36,401 nt of DNA from Pseudomonadota bacterium (GCA_039193505.1 JBCCWM010000001.1:1-36401); one strand, 5' to 3'. Shown: positions 1-9,310, counted from the first letter of the stretch. Program-made: numbers and translations. The notes: a model not told the origin generated them from the sequence alone.

Positions 1-34
1 CCAATGACACGTCCTGTCCAACAAACCGTCTCAT
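1..34 (-). CDS. IS110-family (DEDD) transposase/recombinase, first 11 codons only
   Basis: ATG at 34 after GGAGG. MRRFVGQDVSL matches the M-x-x-F-V-G-L-D-V-S-L start typical of IS110 transposases, with the first catalytic Asp kept and L changed to Q. Only 11 residues are visible. Confidence 0.6.
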   Translation of the reverse strand, partial: MRRFVGQDVSL

Positions 35-143
35 CCCGTAATCCTCCATGTGGATCCAATACGGGAGCGTCGGCACCTGACCTGTCAGCACGCAAGCGGC
101 AACGGGCGGTGCGAAACGCAGGCCCCGTTACAGCATCTCATTG
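1..143 (-). mobile_element. Left end of an IS110-family (IS1111-like) insertion sequence, truncated by the window edge
   Basis: The minus strand from 143 reads CAATGAGATGCTGTAACGGGGCC, resembling the (C/T)AATGA(G/A)ATG left ends I recall for IS1111/IS4321. About 110 nt later come a GGAGG RBS (43-47) and an ORF starting MRRFVGQDVSL. Confidence 0.6.
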
Positions 144-511
144 CGCGGGTGTTGAGCGAATAGACCAGTTGATTGACCGAAACGGAAGGGTCCGATCTGA
201 GGGTGCCGTGGCCGGTGTTTTGTGCGGGTCTGCGTCTGGCGCCGCGGAGGATCGATCTCGCTCTCGCCCGCCGGTCGCCGGCGTCTTAAGGCCATCTTCT
301 CCGTGCGCTTACCGTGCGCGACACCACCCGGAAGCCTCGGATCGTCCGTCTCGCCGGCGGCGGCTTCGGCACGGCTGCGATCGTGCAAGGGGCCGGCCTG
401 TCAAAGAGCGGCGTCAGGCCCCTCTCGGCAGAGTGCTGCGCAATCGCCCGACGGGCAATGGCTGCCAGGAGCGGTTCGTGACCGAGGGCTCCAAGCATTG
501 GGGTCGATACG

Positions 512-1033
512 CTAGCGGCAGAGACGCTCCGCTTCGGCAAGCGCTGCCGTGAAACCCAGAAGCGAAAACGTGTCTTTCGTCGTGGTCCCGCGAGACGAAA
601 CGGCTGTCAGGGCAGCGTTGACGCCAGCCTTCATGTCGGCAATCAAATCCGCGTCGCGTTCCGGGGTTGCGGGCCAAGCCCACTCCTGGCTGTCGCCCGT
701 GCCGACATTCAGCGCATGCGTTTCGCCTGCGATCTCTACGGTAACGGTCGAGCCATCCTGGAACGGATACCCGCCTGTGTAGCTAACCTCCTTGTCGACA
801 CCTGCCTCAGGGCGGATCGTGACGAAGAGCCGGATCTCCCCCCGCCGCACCGACACCGTCTGCCCGCCCCGAGTGGCCGTGGTCTCGGTCGGTTGCGAGA
901 CGATGTAGCACTCCCGCGGGTCAGCGGGGTTGAACACGCTCCAGTCCCGATAGGCCGCAACACGTTCATTGGTTTGCGCAACGGCCGCGCCTGCTGCGAG
1001 CGCGGCCACTATACCTGCGATCCATCGGTACAT
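512..1033 (-). CDS. Invasion-associated locus B (IalB) family secreted protein
   Basis: Signal peptide MYRWIAGIVAALAAGAAVAQ; DWSVF..ECYIVSQP, YTGGYPF and TKDTFSLLGFTAA motifs; C-terminal Cys. A GGAGG RBS precedes ATG 1033. Confidence 0.85.
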   Translation of the reverse strand: MYRWIAGIVAALAAGAAVAQTNERVAAYRDWSVFNPADPRECYIVSQPTETTATRGGQTVSVRRGEIRLFVTIRPEAGVDKEVSYTGGYPFQDGSTVTVEIAGETHALNVGTGDSQEWAWPATPERDADLIADMKAGVNAALTAVSSRGTTTKDTFSLLGFTAALAEAERLCR

Positions 1034-1220
1034 CTGCCGTCCTCCAGATACTCTCCCGGCTCGAGGGGCCGGTTGCTTGCCTGATGTGCGTACCCTAGCC
1101 AAACTCGTCCCCCTTCATCCAGCATAGCCGCGCAAAAATCGACCTGTGCACCCGTTTTTTGGCGACAATCCTCCACCACCACCTACGTACCATGACAATT
1201 GAGCGCAGGTCAGCGAGGCA

Positions 1221-1796
1221 ATGGACGGCACCGACGAGATCGATGACGAGACGCTCCTGTTGCGGATTGCGGCCCGCGACCGGGACGCCTTTGGCGTGTT
1301 TTTTGGCCGATATGCCGGGCGGGTGAAGGCCTATCTCATCGCTGCAGGCATGCCCGGCGCGGATGCAGACGAAGTTTCGCAGGAGGTGATGGTCGCAGTC
1401 TGGCGCCGCGCTGACAGCTTTGATGCCTCAAAAGCCGGTGCCGCGACCTGGGTCTTCACAATCGCGAGAAACCGCCGGATCGATCTCTTCCGCCGCCGCG
1501 CGCGGCCCGAACCCGACCCGAACGATCCGCTGTTTCAACCGGATCCGGAGCCGAGCGGGCTCGAAACCGTGTCGGCCGCGCAGATCCAGGTGCTGGTGCG
1601 CGGTGCCCTCAGCGGTCTCCCGGAAGAGCAACGCGCGGTGTTGCGCGCTGCCTTTTTCGATGGGCAAAGCCATGCCGAGGTGGCAGAACGTTTGGATCTG
1701 CCGCTTGGCACGGTAAAGTCGCGCATCCGCCTGGCCTTCCGGCATTTGCGCGAGACGTTGGGGGAAGAGGCCGTCGATGCGTTCCGGGATGACTGA
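1221..1796 (+). CDS. ECF sigma-70 factor, Rhodobacter RpoE (ECF11)-like
   Basis: Region 2 (QEVMVAVWRRADSFD..AATWVFTIARNRRID) and region 4 (LPEEQRAVL..SHAEVAERLDLPLGTVKSRIRLA). Confidence 0.9.
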   Translation: MDGTDEIDDETLLLRIAARDRDAFGVFFGRYAGRVKAYLIAAGMPGADADEVSQEVMVAVWRRADSFDASKAGAATWVFTIARNRRIDLFRRRARPEPDPNDPLFQPDPEPSGLETVSAAQIQVLVRGALSGLPEEQRAVLRAAFFDGQSHAEVAERLDLPLGTVKSRIRLAFRHLRETLGEEAVDAFRDD

Positions 1797-1804
1797 GGGG
1801 CTGG

Positions 1805-2806
1805 ATGGCGCTTGACCCGCCGGTTTTGGCGGAGGTCTGGCGCTCCGACCGGATTGAAAGTCTGCACCGCGGACATGCTGTGATCGCAGCCCCCGATGGG
1901 ACCGTCGATGCCGCCTGGGGCGATCCGGACACGCTCATTTATCCGCGGTCCGCGGCCAAGCCGCTCCAGGCCCTGGCGCTGGTCGAGAGCGGTGCTGCCG
2001 AGGCGGCGGGGCTCGGGCCGGAGGAGCTTGCGCTGGCCTGCGCCTCGCACAACGCCGCCGCGGCCCACACGGACCGTGTGCGCGCATGGCTCGCGGCGAT
2101 CGGGCGGGGCGAGGCGGATCTTCTTTGTGGACCGCAGCGGCCGATTGATCAGGCGGCGCGCGAGCGTCTTGACGCCGACGGCATCGCCCCGGACCAGACA
2201 CACAACAACTGTTCGGGCAAGCACACCGGATTTTTAACGCTGTCCAGACACCTTGGCGCCGGCGCCGACTATGTGGACGAGGCGCATCCCGTTCAGCGTG
2301 CTGTCCGTGCAGCGTTCGAAGAAATGGCGGGTGAGGACAGCCCCGGCGCCGGAATAGACGGCTGCTCGGCCCCGAATTACGCATGCACATTGAAGGGCTT
2401 GGCCCGTGCGGCGGCCGGCATGGCAATTCCGAACGGTCACGCGCCGTCGCGGGCAAACGCGGCCCGCGCGCTGGTCGCTGCCATGGCCGCCCACCCGCTG
2501 CTTGTTGCGGGCGAGGGGCGGGCCTGCACGACACTGATGACCGCGGCGGCCGGTCGCGCGGTCGTCAAAACAGGCGCCGAGGGGGTCTTTCTCGGCATCC
2601 TTCCCGAGACGGGCCACGGCATTGCACTCAAGATCGAGGACGGCGCAACCCGTGCAGCGGAGGCCGCCATGGCAGCCCTACTCGTGCGGTGCGGGGTCCT
2701 CGGCCGAGACGATCCCGCGGCCCGCGCACGCCTCGCCGCGCCGATCGAAAACCGCCGCGGCATCCTGACCGGTCATGTACGCGCCGCCGGGACGCTCCTC
2801 CAATGA
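1805..2806 (+). CDS. L-asparaginase, Rhizobium etli-type (class 3)
   Basis: ESLHRG, RSAAKPLQA, NCSGKH, DGCSAP and KTGAEG motifs. Confidence 0.88.
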   Translation: MALDPPVLAEVWRSDRIESLHRGHAVIAAPDGTVDAAWGDPDTLIYPRSAAKPLQALALVESGAAEAAGLGPEELALACASHNAAAAHTDRVRAWLAAIGRGEADLLCGPQRPIDQAARERLDADGIAPDQTHNNCSGKHTGFLTLSRHLGAGADYVDEAHPVQRAVRAAFEEMAGEDSPGAGIDGCSAPNYACTLKGLARAAAGMAIPNGHAPSRANAARALVAAMAAHPLLVAGEGRACTTLMTAAAGRAVVKTGAEGVFLGILPETGHGIALKIEDGATRAAEAAMAALLVRCGVLGRDDPAARARLAAPIENRRGILTGHVRAAGTLLQ

Positions 2807-2977
2807 TGCTCTGGGGCCGTCGGAAGAGCGCCGGGACGGCCGCTCAGCCGGTTTGCAGACCGGGTCAGAGCGGAACCCACCGGTCTGACAGCCTATGCGC
2901 CGAGGGTCTCTGCCCGACCGGAATGAGAGCGCGGAGCTCGCTGCGCCGGCCTGGCCTCTCCTGTCCCGGTGAGTGAC

Positions 2978-3841
2978 ATGGCGCACGCCAATGCGGCCGA
3001 CTGCGCTGCGGGATCCGTCACTGTGTCGCCGGCGCCGCACTTGCCATTCCTCGATCCGCTGCGGCTGAAGCCGCCCGCGCTCTCCCCCCTCGATCCGGCC
3101 GAGTGGGTCGAGATCGATGCAGCCTATGCACCGCAGATGGCGCTCCGCGACCGATTGCTGGCGGAGGAGCCCGACCGGTATGCAGCACTCTTGCGCGAAG
3201 GCGCAGACGCACTCGAGGAGATGACCGACCTCATAACTGCGCATCTCATTTCGCGGGGATATGCGCGCCGCGCCGGCCGGCTCCGTCGACTGGACGGTGT
3301 CGAGATCGATCTGACGCCGACGCCTGTGACGCTCGGCCGCCTCTCGCAGGAGGATTGGCTGATCCTCATGCCGCCAGACGGCACGGGGGAGTATCGCCTG
3401 GAGGGCGGCGCGCTCGTCTTTCCGGCGGGCTGGTCGCTCGGCGACAAGATCGGCCGCCCGCTGACCGCGGTCCACGCGCCGGTTCCGGGCTATGCCGAGG
3501 GACTGGCCCCGCGGGTCAACAGGATCTTTGCGGCCGCCCATCCCGATCGGCCTCTCGTGCGCCACAACTATTCAATCGGCAACGACCTCCTCCCCGCCGA
3601 CACACCGAGCGCGCAACACGCGCCGAATTCGCCCCCGCATCTGCGGGTGGAGCGGCAGACGATCCGCCGATTGCCCCGGACACGCGCCGTCATCTTCGGG
3701 ATCAAGACGATCCTCACCCCGCTCGCTGATCTGCCGCGCGAGGCCCGCGCAGCCCTCGCCGATGTCTACGCCGCCTACTCGCCAGAGATGGCGCGCTACC
3801 GCGATGCGGGCGCGTTCTCTCAGGCCGAGATCCGGGGCTAA
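2978..3841 (+). CDS. DUF3445 / heme-dependent oxidative N-demethylase alpha-subunit-like protein
   Basis: [32 protein letters not shown] and LRVERQT motifs. Start uncertain (GTG 2969 or ATG 2978). Confidence 0.75.
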   Translation: MAHANAADCAAGSVTVSPAPHLPFLDPLRLKPPALSPLDPAEWVEIDAAYAPQMALRDRLLAEEPDRYAALLREGADALEEMTDLITAHLISRGYARRAGRLRRLDGVEIDLTPTPVTLGRLSQEDWLILMPPDGTGEYRLEGGALVFPAGWSLGDKIGRPLTAVHAPVPGYAEGLAPRVNRIFAAAHPDRPLVRHNYSIGNDLLPADTPSAQHAPNSPPHLRVERQTIRRLPRTRAVIFGIKTILTPLADLPREARAALADVYAAYSPEMARYRDAGAFSQAEIRG

Positions 3842-3896
3842 GCCCGACTTCCGCCGCGACGGCGAATGTGCTATCCGACGCGCCCGAGGAGGACGC

Positions 3897-5039
3897 ATGA
3901 CCGCCACAGCTCCGATCACGCCCGACATGACGACAATCCCCCGGCCCGTGCCGAAGGGGGTCAACCTGATCGGCCTGTCGCGCGAAAGTCTGGCGGAGGC
4001 CCTGGCCGAGGTCACGCCGGATCGCCAACTGCGCATGCGCACGGCCCAGGTGTGGGCGTGGCTCTATGTCAAGGGCGCCCGGGACTTTGGCGAGATGACC
4101 GACCTCGCCAAACCGTATCGCGCCCAGCTTGCGGATCGCTTCGAGATCACGCGGCCGGAGATCGTGACCCGCCAAGTCTCCGCTGATGGGACCCGCAAGT
4201 ACCTCCTCAGGATCGCGGGAGGGCACGAGGTCGAGACGGTCTACATCCCCGAAGAAGACCGTGGCACGCTCTGCATCTCGTCGCAGGTCGGGTGCACGCT
4301 GACCTGCTCGTTCTGTCACACCGGCACGCAGCGGCTGGTGCGCAACCTCACTGCGGCGGAGATCGTCGGACAGATCCTCGTCGCACGCGACGACCTCGGC
4401 GACTGGGGAAACAAGGCCGAGGGGAAGCGCGCGGTCTCGAACATTGTGCTGATGGGGATGGGAGAGCCGCTCTACAACACCGATCAAGTGCGCGATGCGA
4501 TGCGGATCGCGATGGACGGCGAGGGTATCAGCCTGTCGCGCCGGCGCATCACGCTCTCGACCTCAGGCGTCGTGCCCGAGATCGCCCGGGTGGGCGAGGA
4601 GATCGGGTGTCTCCTTGCCATTTCGTTCCATGCGACCACGGATGAGGTCCGCGACCGCCTGGTGCCGATCAACAAGAAGTGGAACATCGAGAGCCTTCTC
4701 GACGCCTGCCGCGCCTACCCGCGCCTCTCAAACGCGGAGCGGATCACGTTTGAGTATGTGATGCTGAAAGGCGTCAACGACCGCGATGCCGACGCCCGTC
4801 GTCTGGTGAAGCTGATCGCGGGCATCCCAGCCAAAATCAATCTTATTCCGTTCAACCCCTGGCCCGGTTCACCCTATGAGCGCTCGGACTGGGACCGGAT
4901 CGAAGCCTTTGCCGACATCGTCAACCGTGCCGGCTACGCCTCGCCCGTCCGCACACCGCGGGGTGAGGACATCATGGCAGCCTGCGGCCAGCTCAAAAGC
5001 GCCACCGAGCGGGTTCGCAAGCGCGCCCGCGCTGGGTGA
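3897..5039 (+). CDS. rlmN: 23S rRNA (adenine(2503)-C2)-methyltransferase RlmN
   Basis: Radical-SAM motif [23 protein letters not shown] and C-terminal [13 protein letters not shown] precedes ATG 3897. Confidence 0.97.
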   Translation: MTATAPITPDMTTIPRPVPKGVNLIGLSRESLAEALAEVTPDRQLRMRTAQVWAWLYVKGARDFGEMTDLAKPYRAQLADRFEITRPEIVTRQVSADGTRKYLLRIAGGHEVETVYIPEEDRGTLCISSQVGCTLTCSFCHTGTQRLVRNLTAAEIVGQILVARDDLGDWGNKAEGKRAVSNIVLMGMGEPLYNTDQVRDAMRIAMDGEGISLSRRRITLSTSGVVPEIARVGEEIGCLLAISFHATTDEVRDRLVPINKKWNIESLLDACRAYPRLSNAERITFEYVMLKGVNDRDADARRLVKLIAGIPAKINLIPFNPWPGSPYERSDWDRIEAFADIVNRAGYASPVRTPRGEDIMAACGQLKSATERVRKRARAG

Positions 5040-5068
5040 AATCAACCGCTCAGAGGCCTGCTCGCTGT

Positions 5069-5455
5069 GCGAAGACGGACCCGGCGCGACCGCCTTTCTG
5101 AGAGGAGCCCTCTTCGACGGAAAGGCAAGATCGCGGCGTCGCTGAACGAGCCATCCCGTGTTCACGGGGATGGCGGCTCAGACGGGAACAGCCCGTTGCC
5201 GTAGGACTGGAACCGCCCGTCGGCGTAGGTGTCTGCGTCGGCGAACGCCTTCAAGTCTTCGGGGAAGCCTGCTGCGAAGCGAAGACGGGTCCGGCATGCG
5301 ACAGTCTCCCTAACGGGAGCCCCCCTCGACGGGGCGGCCAGATCGCAGCTTCGCTGACCGAGCCAGCCCATGTTCATCGGGACGGCGGCTCAAACTGGAA
5401 CCGCCAGTCGGCGTAGGTGTCTGCGTCGGCGAACGCCTCCAAGCCTTCGGGGAAG
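5069..5455. repeat. Imperfect tandem duplication (units 5069-5267 and 5279-5455) that includes the 3' end of the last pseudopilin gene
   Basis: By manual alignment, 5206-5267 vs 5394-5455 match at 59/62. 5069-5164 vs 5279-5376 differ by about 20 substitutions plus a 2-nt indel. The left unit carries an extra 24 nt. Confidence 0.9.
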
Positions 5456-5838
5456 TTGGCCCGCCGCCGCGGCACTCCGTCCGCGCGCGGGGCGACGCCG
5501 GCGATGCCGCCATCCGCGCCGCGCAGGATCTCCCACTCTCCACCGAGAGGCGCGCGGTAGAGCCGCCGAAGATGGCGGAGGCCATTCCCGCGCGGATCGT
5601 CGAGCAATTCCTCCAGCCGCTCGGGCAGGCGGGGCGCAGCGCCGCCCGCCGCCCAGTAGCGGGCAATCGCCGCACGATAGGCCTCCCCCCGGAAGAGGAG
5701 TTCGGCCTCGCGGTCTCGGATCGCCGCGCTCTGCGCTGGAATGAAGGCGGTCTGCGCCGTCAGGCTCACGCCAACCAGAACAGCGAGCGCAGCGACATAG
5801 GTGTAACCCTCAGTTCCAGCTCTCGACATCAGACGCAT
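5374..5838 (-). CDS. Type II secretion pseudopilin-like protein lacking Glu5 (GspK-position analogue)
   Basis: G|YTYVAALAVLVGV prepilin-like N-terminus, REAELLFRGEAYRAAIARY and RHLRRLY. GGAGG precedes ATG 5838. Confidence 0.8.
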   Translation of the reverse strand: MRLMSRAGTEGYTYVAALAVLVGVSLTAQTAFIPAQSAAIRDREAELLFRGEAYRAAIARYWAAGGAAPRLPERLEELLDDPRGNGLRHLRRLYRAPLGGEWEILRGADGGIAGVAPRADGVPRRRANFPEGLEAFADADTYADWRFQFEPPSR

Positions 5839-6223
5839 CGCCGGCTCCTCCTTCAAGCCCATCGGCACCGAAGGACAAGATCTCATAGCCGCCCGAGCGT
5901 CCTGGCGCCCGATAGACATAGGCCGCTCCCCAAGGATCGCGGGGCACGTCCTTGCTGAGGTAGGGACCGTTCCAGGCGGGCTCTCCCGGGTCGCGGCGGA
6001 GCGCGTCGAGACCTTCCTCCGTGGTTGGGAACCGGCCAGTGTCGATCAGGTAACTGTCGAGCGCCGTCATGAAGCTCCGGATTTGGGCGGCGGCCACTGT
6101 CTCCTTCGCGGGGCTGATCCGCTGATAGAGGAGCGGGCCGACAAAGGCCGCGAGCAGGCCCACGATCACCAGAACCACCAAGAGCTCCATCAAAGTGAAG
6201 CCGGCCTCGCCGCGCTGTTTCAT
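5810..6223 (-). CDS. gspG: Type II secretion major pseudopilin GspG
   Basis: G|FTLMELLVVLVIVGLLA, ALDSYLIDTGRFPTTEEGLDAL, WNGPYL..PRDPWG and SFGADG. Confidence 0.93.
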   Translation of the reverse strand: MKQRGEAGFTLMELLVVLVIVGLLAAFVGPLLYQRISPAKETVAAAQIRSFMTALDSYLIDTGRFPTTEEGLDALRRDPGEPAWNGPYLSKDVPRDPWGAAYVYRAPGRSGGYEILSFGADGLEGGAGDASDVESWN

Positions 6224-6224
6224 C

Positions 6225-6605
6225 TCACCACTCCCGGAACGGGATGCCGTCGCGGCCGGTGCCCTCGGACCGGCTTTTCACGTCTTCAATACCACCGCCC
6301 GAGACCTCGATCAAAGCCCAGCCCTGGCCGCGCGGCCCCGTCGGGTCCTCCGGGATAAAGCGCAAATAACGGCCCGAGACCAGATCCTCGAGCGTGTCCG
6401 GATACGTGGCTGTGTCGGCAAAATGATCGTCGAGGGCGCGGCGCATCACAGCCAGGTTCTGGCGGAGCGCAGCCTCCTCCGCCCGCTTGAGCGCGCCTTG
6501 CACGCTCGGCACAGCGAGGGCCGCGACAAGGCCGACAATCAGCACAACGACGAGCATCTCGGCAACGGTGAACCCCGCCTCACCACTCCGCGATTGCGCC
6601 GCCAT
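6225..6605 (-). CDS. GspG-like minor pseudopilin
   Basis: G|FTVAEMLVVVLIVG, EAALRQNLAVMRRALDDHFAD..YPDTLEDLV..YLRFIPEDP and a C-terminal Trp. Confidence 0.85.
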   Translation of the reverse strand: MAAQSRSGEAGFTVAEMLVVVLIVGLVAALAVPSVQGALKRAEEAALRQNLAVMRRALDDHFADTATYPDTLEDLVSGRYLRFIPEDPTGPRGQGWALIEVSGGGIEDVKSRSEGTGRDGIPFREW

Positions 6606-7041
6606 CGAGGGCCTCCCGGTCTGTCTGTGGCCTGAGGTCCCACACATCCTCGCCGTTCCATGTGAGCCCGTCCTGGGTGTAGCCGATCAAGCGCCAGCCA
6701 TCCTCGAGCGCAAAGGGGTTCTCCGGCAGGCGGCGGAGATAGCGCCGCCGGACGATGGTGCCGTCCGCATCCGCAACCTCCACGCCCGAGACCAGATCAC
6801 CCAATGCGCGGGGATAGCCGTTCGCGCTGGCCGCGTCGGCCTCCATCCGCCCGGCGCGCCAGTCAGCGTGAAAGGCGTCGATGGCCGTCCGCGTGGTCCG
6901 CAGCGTCTCGCGGAGGGCGAGTTCCGCACGGCGCTGGACGCTGGTCTCGGCGAACGGCAGGGCGGTGACGGCCAAAATCGACAGGATCGCCATAACAACG
7001 AGGAGCTCGGTGAGCGTGGTGCCCGCCTCTCCGCGGCGCAT
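6580..7041 (-). CDS. GspG-like minor pseudopilin
   Basis: G|TTLTELLVVMAILSILA, ELALRETLRTTRTAIDAF, GYPRALGDLV, YLRRLPENPF, EDVWDL and a C-terminal Trp. Confidence 0.85.
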   Translation of the reverse strand: MRRGEAGTTLTELLVVMAILSILAVTALPFAETSVQRRAELALRETLRTTRTAIDAFHADWRAGRMEADAASANGYPRALGDLVSGVEVADADGTIVRRRYLRRLPENPFALEDGWRLIGYTQDGLTWNGEDVWDLRPQTDREALDGGAIAEW

Positions 7042-7042
7042 C

Positions 7043-9310
7043 TCAGCGCTCCCGCACGACGATCCGCGCATTGCGGAGCGTCGTGTTGGGCGGCAGGTTC
7101 CGTGCGCCCGTGGCACCGACGGCATTGCCGAAAATGAGATAGGAGAGACCAACGCTCTCGCCCCGGAATGTCAGCCGCGCGATCTCCCGGACGGCGAGGC
7201 CCGCGACCTGTGGCGTCAGCTCGATCACGGCCTGGCCGCGTGTCGCGTCGATCTGGAACGGCAGGCTCTGCGGGCTCTCGATCGCCTCGAGCGCGACGAT
7301 GTCGGGGCGGTAGCGGACGATCAACTCCCCCTGCGCCTCGGATGGGAACCCAGCAGCGGTCAGAATGACTGTCGTGGTGCCGCCTTCCTCCATCTGATAC
7401 GCCGCGCGTCCGAAGGAGAGGACAGGCTCCGCCTCAGTTGCCGGCAGGGCCTGGCTCGGTGTCGCTTCGGGGAGCGGCACGCGGCCCGCCGCCGGTGGCA
7501 CGCTGCCCGAGAGATCGAGGCGGATGGTCGGCGCCCCCTCAGTCCCTGGGCGCGCGAGAAAGTCGTTGGGATTGGTGGCGGCAACGCGCACGCCTGTGCC
7601 AGAGTAGAACTCGGCTTCCGCGACCGAGGGCAGATCACGGGTGCGCACGACGCGAGGCGTGAGGGTCAGGATGATGTCGGTGCGGGAGCCCTCACCGTCG
7701 CGGTTGCGAAAGAGCCCACCGACCGCAGGGATGCGCCCCAACCCCGGGACAGAGACCACGTTGTCGCGATCCTCGTCCTGAATGAGACCGCCGATGATCG
7801 CCGTCTCTCCGTCGTCGAGGAGCATTCGCGTCGTGACGTTGCGGGTCGTGATCGAGAACGCAGGCTCATCCGCAGTGCCAAGGTTTTGGCCGATCGCCGA
7901 GACTTCCAGCGCGAGGTCGACGGCAACGGAGGCGTTGAGCCGCACCTCGGGCGTCACAGTGAGCTGGATCCCGACATTGCGCCGATCGAACGTGGTGCGG
8001 CTTTGGCCGGTCGGGTCGATCGTCTCGGCTGAGCGGAGCGGCACCTCCTCGCCGACAAGAAACGAGGCCTCTTTGTTCGAAAGTGCTCTGATCGACGGCG
8101 AGGCGAGGGTGCGCGCATCGACATCCTGCTTGAAGAAGCGCAGCGTGACCGCGGGCAGCGAAAGTGCGGAGGCGCCGAGTGCCGACCCAGCCTCATCGAC
8201 CGGAAAGACATCGTTGAGCGTCAGCGTCGAGGGGGGGATCACGCTGATCTGGCTCCCGAAATCGAGGCCGAGCTGTTCGGACTTGGTGCGGTTGATCTCC
8301 AAAACCTCGACTTCCATCACGACCTCGGCAGGGCGGCGGTCCTGCACCGAGATCAGTTGATCGGCGAGCAGCACCCGCTCGGCCGACGCACGGACGGTCA
8401 CGGTGTTCTCGGCCTCGTCCACAGTGACATTGGCGAGCCCGAGCGTGGTCGCCAACCGCTCCCCCATTGTGAGGGCGTCACCCGATTCGATGAAGAACGT
8501 GCGGACCACATAGTCTTCGTACTCCGCCCGCTTGCCGGGCGTGTCGGGGGCGATGATGACGGAGTTCGCGCCGAAGCGGCGGTAGAACGCGCGGTTCGAG
8601 CGGAGGAGGAGCTCGAAGGCCTGCACGAACTCGACACCGTCCGCGTAGACCGAGACCTCGCGGTCCGCCAGATCGGCATCGAAGATAATGTTGACGCCAT
8701 AGGCGCGGCCAAGGGCGAGCGCCGCATCTTTGAACGCGGCGTTTTGAAAGCTCATCGTCACCGGCGCACCGGTCGTGAGGCGGATCGGCGTCAGGGTGTC
8801 CTCGGCGCGCCGGGTTGCGGCGAGGGTCTGGAGGAGGCGGATCGCGGGCACGTATTCCGGATCTTTGGAGAGTGCGGCCTCCACGAGGTCCGCCGCGCGA
8901 TCTTCGCGCCCGAGGCGCGCGGCCACACGGGCGTCGCGGAAGAGCTTGCGCGCCTGCCCCAGCTCACCCAACCGGTCGAGCTCGTCGCGCAGGATCGTGC
9001 TCTCTGGCAGGATCACCAGCGCCTGGCCGACCTCGCCACGCGCCCGCTCGATGTCGTTCGAGCGCGCCAGCCTGCGGGACCGGTCGAGATAGTGGCGCTC
9101 GGTCGCCTCGACTGCCGAATAGAACCCCTCGCGCAGGGTCGGATTGTCCGGGTCTGCGGCAAGCCCCTGGCGGTAGAAGCCGAGCGCGCCCGCGAAATCG
9201 CGCCGCTCAATCAGGTCCTGGCCCGGCTCGGCCCCGGGGCGCAATGGCTCCGCGCAGCCGCCCGCAAGCAACATCGCGGCCAAAACCGCCGCCCGTATCA
9301 CCTCACTCAC
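7043..9310 (-). CDS. gspD: Secretin (GspD-like) with lipoprotein signal, TPR-like N-terminus and probable cohesin-like C-terminal domain
   Basis: Lipobox LAGGC, then helical repeats and N-domains. The secretin core runs EVVMEVEVLEI, LDDGETAIIGGLIQ, VPGLGRIPAVGGLF, IILTLTPRVV. A Pro/Ala linker and a beta-rich tail follow. Start GTG 9310 is inferred. Confidence 0.85.
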   Translation of the reverse strand: MSEVIRAAVLAAMLLAGGCAEPLRPGAEPGQDLIERRDFAGALGFYRQGLAADPDNPTLREGFYSAVEATERHYLDRSRRLARSNDIERARGEVGQALVILPESTILRDELDRLGELGQARKLFRDARVAARLGREDRAADLVEAALSKDPEYVPAIRLLQTLAATRRAEDTLTPIRLTTGAPVTMSFQNAAFKDAALALGRAYGVNIIFDADLADREVSVYADGVEFVQAFELLLRSNRAFYRRFGANSVIIAPDTPGKRAEYEDYVVRTFFIESGDALTMGERLATTLGLANVTVDEAENTVTVRASAERVLLADQLISVQDRRPAEVVMEVEVLEINRTKSEQLGLDFGSQISVIPPSTLTLNDVFPVDEAGSALGASALSLPAVTLRFFKQDVDARTLASPSIRALSNKEASFLVGEEVPLRSAETIDPTGQSRTTFDRRNVGIQLTVTPEVRLNASVAVDLALEVSAIGQNLGTADEPAFSITTRNVTTRMLLDDGETAIIGGLIQDEDRDNVVSVPGLGRIPAVGGLFRNRDGEGSRTDIILTLTPRVVRTRDLPSVAEAEFYSGTGVRVAATNPNDFLARPGTEGAPTIRLDLSGSVPPAAGRVPLPEATPSQALPATEAEPVLSFGRAAYQMEEGGTTTVILTAAGFPSEAQGELIVRYRPDIVALEAIESPQSLPFQIDATRGQAVIELTPQVAGLAVREIARLTFRGESVGLSYLIFGNAVGATGARNLPPNTTLRNARIVVRER

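Noticed and set aside
146-511. Second IS end or small gene between the IS110 end and ialB
   Set aside because: GGGTGTTGAGCGAATAG is vaguely IS-end-like, but I found no partner repeat or transposase remnant, and the ORFs here lack motifs.
1166-1189. Autoregulatory RpoE-type promoter (CAATCC-N14-CGTA)
   Set aside because: The -35 deviates from TGATCC and the spacer looks shorter than I recall for this group, so it is too weak to call.
5069-5455. Diversity-generating retroelement TR/VR pair at the pseudopilin 3' end
   Set aside because: Two of the three core mismatches are at A in the spare copy, but the third (T/G) and the flanking mismatches are not adenine-specific. There are indels, and no reverse transcriptase gene is in the window.
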